From Rickettsiales bacterium (GTDB lineage Bacteria; Pseudomonadota; Alphaproteobacteria; Rickettsiales; BLZN01): a DNA stretch of 64,000 bases. The notes beneath the pieces were generated by a model. The model had not been told where the DNA came from. It did not search any database and worked only from the letters and a program-made list of their open reading frames with translations. The stretch lies in assembly GCA_014132315.1 (NCBI GenBank), contig BLZN01000136.1, positions 10,654-74,653 on the forward strand, given 5' to 3'. Shown one piece after another: positions 41,829 to 54,246 of this stretch. Both the position numbers and the translations under genes were made by a program. Numbering within the stretch: the first letter of the stretch is position 1; the number at the start of each line of letters is the position of its first letter.

Positions 41829-43733
41829 CTAGGCTTCCTGTGGCTCTTCTGGTATATCCATGTTGTTATTTTTTTCTGGGCCAGCAAAGGAAGATTTTTT
41901 TGATGGTCTCATATTATCATCTTCATCCTTATCGATTTTTTCTCCAGCAAGCAGACGCTTCATTTCATCTCCGGTCAGGGTCTCGTATTTCAGCAGGGCC
42001 TGAGCCAGCTTATGCAGATCTTCTATATTTTCAGCCAGCATCTTTCTAGCATTTTCATATCCTGCCATCACTATTATTTTAATTTCATTATCAATCTTAT
42101 TCTGCACATCATCTGATGTGCCCTGCCCCTCTGCTTTGTGCAACGCGGTGCTGTTTTCTTCGCTGCCATAGTATAGCGGCCCTATTTTTTCGCTCATGCC
42201 CCATTTCATAACCATTGATTTAGCCAGCTCGGTAGCTTGTTTGATATCAGAGGACGCTCCGCTTGTCACTTTATCAGGGCCAAAGATTATTTCCTCTGCC
42301 AGGCGCCCTCCCATAGCAACCGTTATATCAGCTATGATCTGTTCCCTAGTAACCGATACTTTGTCATCCTCAGGCAGGCGCATAACCAGCCCCAGCGCAT
42401 GCCCACGCGGGATGATGGTGGCTTTATAGACCGGGTCTGAGCCCTTGATATTAAGTGCAATGAGCGCATGTCCTGCCTCGTGATAGGCAGTCAGCTTTCG
42501 CTCCTCTTCTTTCATGGTGAGGGATTTTCTTTCCGCGCCCATCATTACTTTATCCTTGGCGTGCTCCAGCTCTTCCATGGTCACCACTTTTTTATCTTTT
42601 CTCGCTGCCACGAGCGCTGCTTCATTGATTAGGTTGGCCAAATCAGCCCCGGAAAATCCTGGAGTTGCCCTGGCTATATTACGCAGCACGACATTAGGGG
42701 CTAGGGATATATTTCGTGCATGCACATTCAATATCTCGTCTCTGCCTTTTATGTCAGGCATGGGCACGTGTATTCTTCTGTCGAACCTGCCAGGCCGCAG
42801 CAGCGCGCTATCCAGCACGTCCGGTCTGTTGGTTGCAGCGATTATTATCACCCCCTCATTTGTCTCGAAGCCATCCATCTCAACTAGTAGTTGGTTCAGC
42901 GTTTGCTCTCTTTCGTCGTTTCCTCCACCGACTCCAGATCCACGGTGCCTACCCACTGCATCTATCTCATCGATAAATATTATGCACGGGGCATGTTTTT
43001 TGCCCTGCTCGAACATATCGCGCACTCTGCTCGCACCGACTCCCACAAACATCTCGACGAAATCCGAACCCGAAATACTAAAGAAAGGAACTTTTGCTTC
43101 TCCTGCGATTGCCTTGGCCAGCAAAGTTTTTCCTGTGCCCGGGCCGCCAATCAACAGGCATCCTTTTGGGATCTTGCCCCCTAATGCCTGAAACTTCGCG
43201 GGATTCTTCAAAAAATCTACTACCTCGCCCAGCTCTTCCTTTGCTTCCCCTATGCCCGCCACATCTTTAAAAGTTACCTTGACTGAGCTTTCGGCATACA
43301 TTTTAATTTTGGACCTGCCAAAACCTAGGGCTTTATTGCCACCAACCTGGGCTTGCTTTAAGAAAAATATCCACACACCCACCAGCAGCAAGAGCGGCAG
43401 CCATGAAATCAGTATACTAACTATAATGCCGAATAATGATTCGTTCGAGCCTACATTTATCTGGACTTTATTTGCTCGCAAGGTGTCTACAAGATTGCCA
43501 TACTGCATTGCATTGGTCTTGAAGCCCGACCCATCCGTCATCAATCCTTTTATTTCCCGGCCCTGGATCGTTACTTTTGATATCTGACCAGACTCTACTG
43601 CATCTAGAAAATCAGAAAATGCCAAATTTACGTTGTTTCTATAATATATTCTGCCGCTGAAATAATCATAAATAAGCATAGATCCTAAAAAAATAGCAAT
43701 CCATATAACGATTTTTTGTATAAAATTTTTCAT
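41829..43733 (-). CDS. ftsH: ATP-dependent zinc metalloprotease FtsH
   Basis: 634 aa. Walker [14 protein letters not shown], Walker [13 protein letters not shown] region [19 protein letters not shown], zinc site HEAGHAL. Confidence 0.97.
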   Translation of the reverse strand: MKNFIQKIVIWIAIFLGSMLIYDYFSGRIYYRNNVNLAFSDFLDAVESGQISKVTIQGREIKGLMTDGSGFKTNAMQYGNLVDTLRANKVQINVGSNESLFGIIVSILISWLPLLLLVGVWIFFLKQAQVGGNKALGFGRSKIKMYAESSVKVTFKDVAGIGEAKEELGEVVDFLKNPAKFQALGGKIPKGCLLIGGPGTGKTLLAKAIAGEAKVPFFSISGSDFVEMFVGVGASRVRDMFEQGKKHAPCIIFIDEIDAVGRHRGSGVGGGNDEREQTLNQLLVEMDGFETNEGVIIIAATNRPDVLDSALLRPGRFDRRIHVPMPDIKGRDEILNVHARNISLAPNVVLRNIARATPGFSGADLANLINEAALVAARKDKKVVTMEELEHAKDKVMMGAERKSLTMKEEERKLTAYHEAGHALIALNIKGSDPVYKATIIPRGHALGLVMRLPEDDKVSVTREQIIADITVAMGGRLAEEIIFGPDKVTSGASSDIKQATELAKSMVMKWGMSEKIGPLYYGSEENSTALHKAEGQGTSDDVQNKIDNEIKIIVMAGYENARKMLAENIEDLHKLAQALLKYETLTGDEMKRLLAGEKIDKDEDDNMRPSKKSSFAGPEKNNNMDIPEEPQEA

Positions 43734-43936
43734 TTTCTTTCCCTTTGCTCTTTATTATTCCTTGACAGTCTTTTATATTCCATGCCACCTATTAAACCTA
43801 TATAGGAGTAAAGAATTTACTAACCGATTTAGATTTACTATCCGCATCCTCTCATAAGATATTTAGCTTCTATTTATTATTTATGTATCTATCGTAGGAT
43901 TTTTTTCAAGTGCATAAGCTCAACCTCGTTCCTAGC

Positions 43937-44989
43937 TTATTCCAGTGCATTGCTTAATTCCATCAGTGCTGATCCAGTGGTTATAATTTTTGCTTTGCTC
44001 GGAAGACCTGTTACCCAGAATCCCTCGCTTTCCTCATCAACTATCTCTACTGGACAAAATAAAACTTTATCCTCATCACTGATTATTTTAACCCCAATTG
44101 CACCTTGCTGGCTTAAGGATAAGGCAGAGGCAGGTATTAGGTGGGATAATTTTATGCTGCTTGGAATAGTGACCTGGGCAGTGATGCCTAATATATTATT
44201 ATTTTCGATGCCGGCGAGAGAAGACTCGATTTCTACTAAAAAAGTCCTGGTATCATTGCTGGCAACGGTTCCAATAAAGCTTACCATCCCTTCTGTTTTA
44301 ACTCCGTTGGCGAGCTCAATGGTGGCTTTCTGGCCCAGCTTGATGTCCTGCACTTCTTTTGCCGAAGCATGTGCTACTGCTAAAAATGTGCTCTGCCCAA
44401 TTATATTGGATATTAAGGTTGAATTTGCATGTATCAGACTCCCTTCCTTGACCAATATTTTATCAATCAATCCATCGCAAGGTGCATAAACAGTGGTGTT
44501 GTTCATTTCAATCTCTGCCTGCTTTAGGTTTTTGATTGCAGATTTCAAACTAGCATCGCTTGCCATGATTTCCAGGTCAGTTATATATTCTTCTTCATGC
44601 AGGTTTTTGTTTTTACTGTGTTCCAGCTGGGCATGCTCTAAGCCAGCCAGCGCTGTCTGCAGTGTTTCCTCTTGCGCTTTTGGGTCTATATTAAGTATTG
44701 GGTCGCCTTTGCTGATTTTGCTACCTTCTTTTGCTGCGATGTTTATGACCCTGCCTGAGCCTTCGGCAAATATTTTGATTTTTTTGGTGGGCTCTGTAAA
44801 GCCGCTCAGAGTTATTTTTATTGAGTGCATCTCTCCTTGGATTTCCTCTATTTTTGGCTGCATGATGTGCTGATCTTGAAGATCGGAGCGATCTGTTTCA
44901 TTTCCTTTTTTGAAGATCCAGATTATGAGCAGCAGCGCCAGCAAGGCCAGTGGCAGAATATATTTTTTTTCAAACCTGAGGAGTTTCAT
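43937..44989 (-). CDS. Efflux transporter periplasmic adaptor (membrane-fusion protein family)
   Basis: 350 aa. N-terminal anchor, lipoyl-like hairpin GRVINIAAKEGSKISKGDPILNID ... VYAPCDGLIDKILVKEGSLI, and a coiled-coil insert. No pump gene is adjacent. Confidence 0.75.
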   Translation of the reverse strand: MKLLRFEKKYILPLALLALLLIIWIFKKGNETDRSDLQDQHIMQPKIEEIQGEMHSIKITLSGFTEPTKKIKIFAEGSGRVINIAAKEGSKISKGDPILNIDPKAQEETLQTALAGLEHAQLEHSKNKNLHEEEYITDLEIMASDASLKSAIKNLKQAEIEMNNTTVYAPCDGLIDKILVKEGSLIHANSTLISNIIGQSTFLAVAHASAKEVQDIKLGQKATIELANGVKTEGMVSFIGTVASNDTRTFLVEIESSLAGIENNNILGITAQVTIPSSIKLSHLIPASALSLSQQGAIGVKIISDEDKVLFCPVEIVDEESEGFWVTGLPSKAKIITTGSALMELSNALE

Positions 44990-45119
44990 GTGGTTCTAGC
45001 GAAATATAATTATCGAACTCAACTATAGGCCACCTAAATATTTTTATCAATATTCATCTTGCGCTTGATCTGTGCATGTATATTGCTATTTTAAATTATA
45101 GCCTTAACCAAGATGAAAA

Positions 45120-46181
45120 ATGTTTATGCCCAGTATTTTCGATATTATTAAGAAGTTATTAGTTTTCTTGTCCGTGTTTGCTTGCGGCACGCTGATTGGG
45201 ATGCTGTTCTTTGAGTCTCTCGGTGCTATTGCCTTGGGCGTCGGTCTTGCTGTTCTTGTCACTGCTGTCTTTTATGGTTATGGCTTTATAAAAAATATTA
45301 TCAACGGAGAGTCTGAGCCGGAACGCCAAAAAGGCCGCGACAAAAGCGGAGGTTTGCTGAATAAGCTTGGAAAGTTCGCTTTTGGCCAGGATCCCAAGAC
45401 TAAGGCCCTTGATAATTTGAGAAACAATATCGCAGATACGAAAAAGAGCACTGTTCGTATTTTGAAGGATCAGGCAAAAAGAATCTATGAGGAGCATGAA
45501 AAAGACTTTAAGCAAAACAAAGCAGAATTTTCCGCTATATTTTGGAGTGCCTGTCAAGATAAAGAGAGCTGGAAGGGGAAAATATGTAGGTTGCTGCCTA
45601 ATCGGTTGAGGCTGGGGTTTTGCTTTGATAAAAAACATAAAGATTTTTTGGCGAAATGGAAAGACCTACGCAAAATTTTCTTGAGGGAGCTTAAGCTTTA
45701 TTTAGACACCAAGCAAAAGACAATAATCATGGAGGTGGATAGCGAGCTAGAAAAACTTTATCATAGCAAGGAGGTGGAACTTCAGTCTAAGCGAGCTAGA
45801 TCTAGTTCAGGCAGCTCCTCTGGCCAGGAGGAAAGTGTGGCAGATGTTTATGCTGATAGTCTTCGTGATACTGCTCTATCTATAATCGGTGGGCCTAAAT
45901 GTTCAAAGCTATTTGATGATAAAGAATCTAAAGCAGATTTTAGAAACCGCATAAGAGAAGCTTGTAGGGGTATTATTGCTGAGTTGAAAGAATCTTATGG
46001 TGCTATTGAACCAGAAAAAGTTCGATTAGAGTTCAAGCCTGTCTTGGAAAGCAGCTCGGTTATGAATTATTTCAAAAACCTCAGAAAAGCTGATAATACA
46101 CAAGTTAATGTTCCTGGCCGTAGCTTTGTTACAGCGAAAGCTATGCCAAATTGCAGTGGCCGTGCTGCTGTCAAAAGCTAA
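45120..46181 (+). CDS. Orphan protein with N-terminal bilobed hydrophobic hairpin and charged coiled-coil body (Inc-like)
   Basis: 353 aa. LLVFLSVFACGTLIGMLFF-ES-LGAIALGVGLAVLVTAVFYGYGFI, then a K/E-rich sequence with SSSGSSSGQEES. Confidence 0.6.
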   Translation: MFMPSIFDIIKKLLVFLSVFACGTLIGMLFFESLGAIALGVGLAVLVTAVFYGYGFIKNIINGESEPERQKGRDKSGGLLNKLGKFAFGQDPKTKALDNLRNNIADTKKSTVRILKDQAKRIYEEHEKDFKQNKAEFSAIFWSACQDKESWKGKICRLLPNRLRLGFCFDKKHKDFLAKWKDLRKIFLRELKLYLDTKQKTIIMEVDSELEKLYHSKEVELQSKRARSSSGSSSGQEESVADVYADSLRDTALSIIGGPKCSKLFDDKESKADFRNRIREACRGIIAELKESYGAIEPEKVRLEFKPVLESSSVMNYFKNLRKADNTQVNVPGRSFVTAKAMPNCSGRAAVKS

Positions 46182-46228
46182 TTTAGTCACTTAGTTTGAT
46201 GCTGGGTGATGCTGTGTGTCGCCTTATC

Positions 46229-47278
46229 TCATATCCCTTTAAAGTCAATTCTTGGGTCAACTATTGCATATAATATGTCATTAATCATATTAATTATTAA
46301 AGCTATGAGCGTAGATATAAATAAAATCCCAAATATTATGGGGTAATCTCGATTCATCACTGCCTCGAAACTCAAAAGACCTATGCCATCTAAAGAAAAG
46401 ATTGTTTCTATAAGCAATGATCCACTCAACAGGGTTCTTGAGAGCATTTCTGAAAAAGTCGCAATAACTACTAGTATTGCATTGCGGAAAGCGTGTCTAT
46501 AAAGTATTTGTTTTTGGTTTAGGCCTTTACTTCTTGCAGTGATTATATACTGCTTGCTGATTTCTTCCATGAAGGAATTTTTGCATAACATAGCCAATAT
46601 AACCACGCCACTGACTGAATATGAAATCACTGGCAGGGTGATATGGTGAAGCAAATCAAATATTTTTCCTATGCCAGACAACTCTTCCCAATTATTAGAT
46701 ACTAGGCCCCTCAGAGGAAATATATGTAGGGTGCTGGCGAATATAATCAGCAATAATATGGCCAGAATAAACCCTGGTACTGCATATAGCAAACTTATTA
46801 TGATACTGGTACATGCATCGAATTTAGAACCATTCCGCATTGCTTTCATGATGCCTAGAGGAATAGAGAGAAGATAAACAATAATCGTGCTCAATATTCC
46901 CAAAGACAGCGACACCGGGAGTTTTTCTTTTATCAGGGCGGTTACTTTTTTGTCGAGGAAGAAACTATTACCGAAATCTAGCCTTGCGTAGCTGCGAATC
47001 ATTAGCCAAAAACGCTCCATTATTGGCCTGTCAAAGCCATAGCTTTTTTCTATTTCCTTTAATATGGCCTGGTTATCTGCTATATTTGCATGATTTGGCA
47101 TGTTGATGACCTCCGAGCGGCCACCAAGTATATTTTCAGATGCCCCTAGGGTTAGATTATGAATCATCTGCTCCACCGGCCCTCCTGGTGCTGATTGGAC
47201 AATAATGAAATTTAAGACCATGATGCCAAGCAGGGTAGGAAGCACCAGCAGTGTCCTATAAGCAATATATTTTAACAT
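46229..47278 (-). CDS. ABC transporter permease, oligopeptide/YejB-like
   Basis: 349 aa. Starts MLKYIAYRTLLVLPTLLGIMVLNFIIVQSAPGGPVEQ and has a BPD-transport core with ARSKGL...HAFRNA. Confidence 0.8.
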   Translation of the reverse strand: MLKYIAYRTLLVLPTLLGIMVLNFIIVQSAPGGPVEQMIHNLTLGASENILGGRSEVINMPNHANIADNQAILKEIEKSYGFDRPIMERFWLMIRSYARLDFGNSFFLDKKVTALIKEKLPVSLSLGILSTIIVYLLSIPLGIMKAMRNGSKFDACTSIIISLLYAVPGFILAILLLIIFASTLHIFPLRGLVSNNWEELSGIGKIFDLLHHITLPVISYSVSGVVILAMLCKNSFMEEISKQYIITARSKGLNQKQILYRHAFRNAILVVIATFSEMLSRTLLSGSLLIETIFSLDGIGLLSFEAVMNRDYPIIFGILFISTLIALIINMINDILYAIVDPRIDFKGI

Positions 47279-47667
47279 ACTTTTTTGGATTTACTGATGT
47301 AATTTAGCATAATTTAGCATAAATTTGCTTTTATTAGGAGAATTTAATGAGATTAATGTGCATCACTACAAATCCGGAGTTAGCTGAAAAACTAGCCCAT
47401 TTTTAAGCATAATCAAACAGGAATTGGCTGTATTTATTAATATTTTAAATATAGATGATATTTTCAATATTTGTCAGGTTGTTGATGCGTAGATCAACAA
47501 AGTTGCTGTTGATGAGGCGGTGCTAGTAGCCAAAGTAGCAGATAGCTTGATAGCGAAGGCATTACAAATACTCAAGCCTTATTGCTGTGGTATCATTATT
47601 TTTCTATCAGCTGAGGAAGGGGATAAGGGACTTGTTGATTGGATAAATGAGATATACGGAGTATGAT

Positions 47668-47877
47668 TTATTCATCTAAATCGGTCACATCCTCTTCCGC
47701 AATAACTTTTTCTACCTTAAATTTGGCATTATCCAGAATTTGTTTACAATCCTTTTTTAGTTTGTTGCCATGTGTGAACAATTTTATTTTTTCTTCCAAA
47801 GGCATCGTCTCGTCTTCTAATTTCTGTATAATTTCTTCTAGCTCCTTGATGCCTTGTTCGAATGTTATTTTTTTCAT
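47668..47877 (-). CDS. xseB: Exodeoxyribonuclease VII small subunit
   Basis: MKKITFEQGIKELEEIIQKLEDETMPLEE... Start taken at ATG 47877 rather than the track's upstream extension. Confidence 0.85.
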   Translation of the reverse strand: MKKITFEQGIKELEEIIQKLEDETMPLEEKIKLFTHGNKLKKDCKQILDNAKFKVEKVIAEEDVTDLDE

Positions 47878-47922
47878 GTGATATAATGGTATAATAATAT
47901 AAGGTGTTACTGAAGGTTGATT

Positions 47923-48219
47923 ATGTTTGATTTTTTGAATCAAAAGCAAGCTAAAATTTATTGCCCTGCCAAAACTGCAACTCAGTCTGGCAAGCGAAAC
48001 ACCAAATCTTGGCTCTTAGAATTCGAGCAAGAGAGCAGCAGATTTGAAGAGCCTATTATGGGTTGGACTGCATCTCGAGATACTGTTCAGCAGCTGAGGT
48101 TGTCATTTGCTAGCCTAGAGGCAGCAATAAGTTATGCAAAACAAAATAGCATAAATTACCAGCTAATACAACCAAAACAAAATAAGCTCGTTAAAGAAAG
48201 TCATATAAAAATTTTGTAG
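47923..48219 (+). CDS. ETC complex I subunit conserved-region protein (NDUFS4-like)
   Basis: AKIYCPAKTATQSGKRNTKSWLLEFE...EPIMGWTASRDT matches the alphaproteobacterial NDUFS4 homologue pattern. Confidence 0.8.
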   Translation: MFDFLNQKQAKIYCPAKTATQSGKRNTKSWLLEFEQESSRFEEPIMGWTASRDTVQQLRLSFASLEAAISYAKQNSINYQLIQPKQNKLVKESHIKIL

Positions 48220-48271
48220 ATGGTCAGTTTTGATTTATTATATATACTGTGTTTAAATTTTAGGTAGAAAA

Positions 48272-49300
48272 TTGCGCTTTGTTGATGAAGCAAAGATTTT
48301 TGTCAAAGCCGGCAGTGGCGGTAATGGCTGCGTTAGCTTCAGGCGAGAAAAATTTATCGAGTTTGGCGGCCCTGACGGCGGAAATGGCGGCAGGGGAGGG
48401 GATTTGATCGTTAAATCAGAGTCCAACCTCAATACCTTGGTGGATTTTCGTTACCAGAGGCATTACCACGCTAAAAGAGGAGGGGATGGCAGCGGCAAAA
48501 ACAAATCTGGTGCCAGTGGCGATAGCTTGACAATTAAAGTGCCAGTTGGCACGCAAATTTTTGCTGAAGACGTGCTTTTGGCGGATTTGAGCGGCCCTAC
48601 CAGCGAATTTTTGCTTGCTAAAGGCGGTAGCGGCGGACTGGGGAATACTAATTTTAAATCCTCTGTTATGAAAACACCGCGCAAGGCAACCAAGGGTCAG
48701 CCTGGCGAGTCCTTATGGGTTAACTTAAAACTAAAATTGCTCTCTGATGTTGGGCTGATAGGGATGCCGAATTCCGGCAAATCAACTTTTCTTGCTGCTT
48801 GCACCAGAGCTAAACCCAAAATAGCTGCATATCCTTTTAGCACTCTAACGCCCAAGCTTGGAGTGGCCAATGACTTTGTCATAGCTGATATTCCGGGGCT
48901 AATCACCGGCGCTTCTCTTGGAGTTGGCCTGGGGCATAAATTTTTGCAGCATATAGAGCGCTGTAATGTAATGCTTCATTTGATTGACTCCACCCAAGAA
49001 GATGTAGTGCAGGCCTATCTGATCATTCACAATGAGCTGCTGCAATATAATAAAGCGCTGCTTGACAAACCTGAAATTATTGCCCTGAATAAATGCGATC
49101 TTCTGTCGAGACATGACATCCAGCAGAAGGTCATGGCGCTGGAGCATTATGCCGGCAAAAAAATCTATAAGATTTCTGGCACCAAACGAGAGGGAATAGA
49201 GGAATTATTGCAGAAAGTTAACTCAATAATCTCCCACAAAGCTACCTCTAATAAAAGTCAGTCAGACCAGCCTTATGTTCCTCGGGGAGTATATTCTTAA
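48272..49300 (+). CDS. obg: GTPase Obg/CgtA
   Basis: Contains FVDEAKIFVKAGSGGNGCVSFRREKF, Gly-rich Obg fold, G1 GMPNSGKST, G3 DIPGL and G4 NKCD. Confidence 0.95.
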   Translation: MRFVDEAKIFVKAGSGGNGCVSFRREKFIEFGGPDGGNGGRGGDLIVKSESNLNTLVDFRYQRHYHAKRGGDGSGKNKSGASGDSLTIKVPVGTQIFAEDVLLADLSGPTSEFLLAKGGSGGLGNTNFKSSVMKTPRKATKGQPGESLWVNLKLKLLSDVGLIGMPNSGKSTFLAACTRAKPKIAAYPFSTLTPKLGVANDFVIADIPGLITGASLGVGLGHKFLQHIERCNVMLHLIDSTQEDVVQAYLIIHNELLQYNKALLDKPEIIALNKCDLLSRHDIQQKVMALEHYAGKKIYKISGTKREGIEELLQKVNSIISHKATSNKSQSDQPYVPRGVYS

Positions 49301-49327
49301 ATCATTAAACTTCCAACTCCTTAAAAT

Positions 49328-50539
49328 TTATATCGCTGCTGTCTCTAACTTGAATTTTTCTAATGCAGAGACCAGGGAATCTTTTAGTGCTGCTATCATT
49401 TGCTCAGTATGCAGGGGGGTTGGGGTAATCCGCAATCTTTCTGTGCCTCTGGGCACGGTCGGATAATTTATATATTGGATAAAAATTTTGTGGTGCTCTA
49501 ATAAATCCTCCGAGATTCTCCGGCATATCACTGGATCACCGATTATCACCGGGATGATGTGAGTTAAGGTTGGTTTAATCGGAATAGCAGCATCCATGAG
49601 GGCAGATTTTACTTGTACAACCACTTTTTTTTGCTGGGTTCTTTCTGTTTGGCTGGTTTTTAAATGCTCTATGCTGCTTCTTGCTGCAGCTGCCAGCGAT
49701 GGGGGCAGGGCGGTAGTGAATATGAAGCTTGAGCTGTAGCTGCGCACCACGTCTATAATTACCTCTGATGATGCAATATATCCTCCCATCGCTCCAAATG
49801 CTTTAGCTAGGGTACCCTGTATTATCGTGATTTTGCCTGCCAGCTGCATCTGCTCGCTGATGCCCCCCCCTCTTGGGCCGTAGATTCCCGCTGAATGCAC
49901 CTCATCTATCATGGTGATTGCCTGATATTTTTCCGCTAAATCGCAGATTTCCTTCACCGGAGATATATCTCCATCCATGGAATATACTGATTCAAACACA
50001 ATAATTTTAGGTCGGTTTATGTCAACTTGTTGCAGCAGTTGCTCCAGGTGTTTCGAGTCGTTGTGGCGAAAAATAAATTTGTCTCTTCGGCCGATTTTGA
50101 TCCCTTCGATTATGGATGCGTGGTTATATTCATCAGAGAAAATCGCCATCTCCGGCATGACTGCTGCAAGCGCACTCAAGGTAGAGTAATTGGCCATATA
50201 GCCACAGACAAACGCCAATGCTTTGGGTTTTTGGTGCAGGTCTGCTATTGATTCTTCCAGCCTTACCACCTCGTCATTGGTGCCTGATATATTTCTCGTG
50301 CCGCCAGACCCAACGCCCATTTTGCTTGCTGCAGCGCGCATTGCCTCTATCACTTGGGGCTGTTGTCCCATGCCAAGATAATCGTTGCTGCACCATATTG
50401 TGATTTTTTCTTGCTGCTCGGTTGTGATCGCGGTCGGAAATTGCCCTGCTATGCGAGTAAGCGTAGTAAAATTCCTATATCTTCCTTCTGATTTTACCGT
50501 GTCTATTGCTTGTCTGAATATTTTGTCGTAATCTATCAC
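49328..50539 (-). CDS. hemA: 5-aminolevulinate synthase
   Basis: 403 aa. Contains [24 protein letters not shown] and a PLP-lysine region GTLAKAFG. Confidence 0.9.
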   Translation of the reverse strand: MIDYDKIFRQAIDTVKSEGRYRNFTTLTRIAGQFPTAITTEQQEKITIWCSNDYLGMGQQPQVIEAMRAAASKMGVGSGGTRNISGTNDEVVRLEESIADLHQKPKALAFVCGYMANYSTLSALAAVMPEMAIFSDEYNHASIIEGIKIGRRDKFIFRHNDSKHLEQLLQQVDINRPKIIVFESVYSMDGDISPVKEICDLAEKYQAITMIDEVHSAGIYGPRGGGISEQMQLAGKITIIQGTLAKAFGAMGGYIASSEVIIDVVRSYSSSFIFTTALPPSLAAAARSSIEHLKTSQTERTQQKKVVVQVKSALMDAAIPIKPTLTHIIPVIIGDPVICRRISEDLLEHHKIFIQYINYPTVPRGTERLRITPTPLHTEQMIAALKDSLVSALEKFKLETAAI

Positions 50540-50874
50540 GGCTTAGTAATATAATATTTATTGCTAGGTTTAACATTTTGTGTTGCGAAATTCAATATAA
50601 TAATGCTAAAGCTTGTATATACAGGGCATCAGACCTAGTCAGAGACCTAGAATTATAGTGATTTGATTATTATTTGTTAGAGTATACAAAGAGTTCTGTG
50701 GTCTACAATATAATAAAATATGAAAAATTAAAATTTTTAAGGTGAGTTAAAATATTAGCCATAGTATATCTAGATAATACTATATATCCTAAGCTTTAAA
50801 GGTGCCGAATAAGAAAAAATATATAAGTAGAGTTCTGCTGAAAGTGATAATGTTGATATATATCTTTCATATTG

Positions 50875-51774
50875 ATGGATCTGAACCGTGTTACGCTATT
50901 ACAACATTGCAAATATGGACCAGAAATGTTCATTAGAACATCTTTTGCATGTACTTTGGTTTCACTATTTCTAACTATTTTTATAGTTTTTGCTTTTTTA
51001 GGTAAAACTATCGAGTTTTTTAGCCAAGTTTCGCCAGCAAATTTTTTCCTGTGCCTGGAGTGGAGTCCCTACGACTATAACAAATTTGGATTTCTGCCTC
51101 TTCTTGTAGGCACGCTAATGATCACTTTTATTGCACTTCTGTTTGCCACGCCCATCGCTGCTCTATCGGCGATTTACTTGGCTGAGTATTCAAAATTTAG
51201 CGGCGTTTTGAGGTATATAATTGAGTTATTTGCGGGGATACCAACCATTGTTTATGGATATTTTGCCGTCATAAGCATAGCCCCTTTGCTTCATAAAAGC
51301 GCCGCTTATTTCGGCTGGAAGATTGCTTATGAAAGCTCCTTGGTTGCTGGCATGGCAATGGGAATTATGGTGCTGCCGCTCGTGATTTCTCTGTTTTATA
51401 GCGCACTAAAAGCGATACCCGAAGAATTAAAGCTAGGATCAATGGCCCTAGGAGCCACAAAGGCTGAGACCATAAGAAATATCGTGATACCCACAGCTAT
51501 GCCCGGTATTATCAGCGCGATCTTGCTCGCTTTTTCGCGTGTCCTTGGTGAGACCATCATAGCAGTTATGGCGGCTGGTCTTGCAGCTCATATCACTCTG
51601 AATCCTTTGATGAGCAATAGCACCATAACTGTGCAAATCATCCGACTTTTATTGGGTGATCAGAGCTTTGATAGCGTGCAGACTTTGGTTGCCTATGCGC
51701 TTGGTTTGATGTTATTTATTGTGATTTTGGCTTTAAACTTTTTTGCGCTATCTATTAAAACCAAGCTGGATTAA
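50875..51774 (+). CDS. pstC: Phosphate ABC transporter permease PstC-like
   Basis: Contains WSPYDYNKFGFLPLLVGTL, AIYLAEY and the EAA-type loop GSMALGATKAETIRNIVIPTAMPGI. No pstS/A/B gene is adjacent. Confidence 0.75.
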   Translation: MDLNRVTLLQHCKYGPEMFIRTSFACTLVSLFLTIFIVFAFLGKTIEFFSQVSPANFFLCLEWSPYDYNKFGFLPLLVGTLMITFIALLFATPIAALSAIYLAEYSKFSGVLRYIIELFAGIPTIVYGYFAVISIAPLLHKSAAYFGWKIAYESSLVAGMAMGIMVLPLVISLFYSALKAIPEELKLGSMALGATKAETIRNIVIPTAMPGIISAILLAFSRVLGETIIAVMAAGLAAHITLNPLMSNSTITVQIIRLLLGDQSFDSVQTLVAYALGLMLFIVILALNFFALSIKTKLD

Positions 51775-51779
51775 TTTAG

Positions 51780-52397
51780 ATGTATATTTCTAACAACTGC
51801 ACATTGTCGAAACTCATTGCTGCAATCAACGCAGGTGAGGTGGTTGTTTTGCCTACTGATACCATTTATGCGCTTGCTGCAGATGCCAGTAACAAAAAAG
51901 CAATTGACAAAATATATCGAATTAAACGGAGAAAAAGGAATAAACCTCTGGCAGTGTTGGTGGATAGCGTTAAAACTGCTAGCAAAATTGCGTACGTTAG
52001 CCAAAAAGCTGCAGCGATACTACATAGCTCTGATTTAGCTCCCATAACTCTAGTATTGCCATATAAATTTAATAGATTAATCGCACCTAACTTAAGCTAT
52101 AAAATAAATTCTATTGGCCTGAGACTTCCTAACGATAAATTCATTTTAAAATTATTACGTAGCTTGAAACGCCCATTAGCTGCAACTAGTATTAATATAT
52201 CGGGTTATCAACATATAGATGATATCTCTAGAATACCTTATTTTATTAAAGAGCAGATTAAAGTTGTTGTTAAAGGAAGGGGGGCTACAGGCGTTCCTTC
52301 TACTATAGTGAGTATTAGTCGATCAAGCTTTAATATAATTAGGGAAGGGCAAGTAACAGGAAGAAAATTACTTCACTATTCTAATATGTTTTCCTAA
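51780..52397 (+). CDS. tsaC: L-threonylcarbamoyladenylate synthase (YrdC/TsaC family)
   Basis: 205 aa. Contains VVLPTDTIYALAADASN, IYRIKRRKRNKPLAVLV, PLAATSINISG and GVPSTIV. Confidence 0.85.
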   Translation: MYISNNCTLSKLIAAINAGEVVVLPTDTIYALAADASNKKAIDKIYRIKRRKRNKPLAVLVDSVKTASKIAYVSQKAAAILHSSDLAPITLVLPYKFNRLIAPNLSYKINSIGLRLPNDKFILKLLRSLKRPLAATSINISGYQHIDDISRIPYFIKEQIKVVVKGRGATGVPSTIVSISRSSFNIIREGQVTGRKLLHYSNMFS

Positions 52398-52486
52398 AAG
52401 GAAGAGAAGTAGCAGCGCAGATTTAGATAAAACTGGCATAAAGTTAACTATAAATAAGTTAAGATTAGCTAGTTCATTTAACCTAA

Positions 52487-53986
<1,500 letters not shown>

Positions 53987-54088
53987 TGAAAGTGCTATAT
54001 ACCTGAAGTCAAGTATATAGGCTTCCTGCACTGCTACTTCTCTTACTTTTAAGAAACTTACTTTTCAAACAACTTTAAATATGTCTGA

Positions 54089-54117
54089 ATTTTATATACA
54101 CTTGCAATACTTGTCAA
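54089..54117 (-). promoter_or_regulatory. Candidate 16S rRNA promoter
   Basis: Minus strand TTGACA-N17-TAAAAT about 100 nt upstream of the mature 16S 5' end. Hand-identified only. Confidence 0.4.
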
Positions 54118-54172
54118 TATGATAATTGGCTTATTTACAATAACTTTTTTGTATATATAATTATTTGAGTTT

Positions 54173-54246
54173 TGGGGTGTAGCCAAGCGGTAAGGCAACG
54201 GTTTTTGGTATCGTGACCGAAGGTTCGAATCCTTCCACCCCAGCCA
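54173..54246 (+). tRNA. tRNA-Gln (anticodon TTG)
   Basis: 74 nt. Acceptor TGGGGTG/CACCCCA, D arm GCCA-AGCGGTAA-GGC, anticodon stem ACGGT/ATCGT with loop TTTTGGT, T arm GAAGG-TTCGAAT-CCTTC. CCA is encoded. Confidence 0.9.

Noticed and set aside
42514-43191. Long antisense ORFs in the track (this 225-aa one inside ftsH; also 5382-5798 in mreB, 10411-10911 in gltX, 43950-44489 in the efflux adaptor, 62315-62854 in pdhC, 1170-1616 in gdh)
   Set aside because: Each lies wholly inside a strongly supported gene on the opposite strand and has low-complexity Ser/Leu/Pro-rich composition typical of shadow frames.
47347-47660. Short ORF MRLMCITTNPELAEKLAHF* and scattered open stretches in the 390-bp gap upstream of xseB, possibly a gene remnant
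   Set aside because: The fragments are too short and I could not tie them to any family with confidence.
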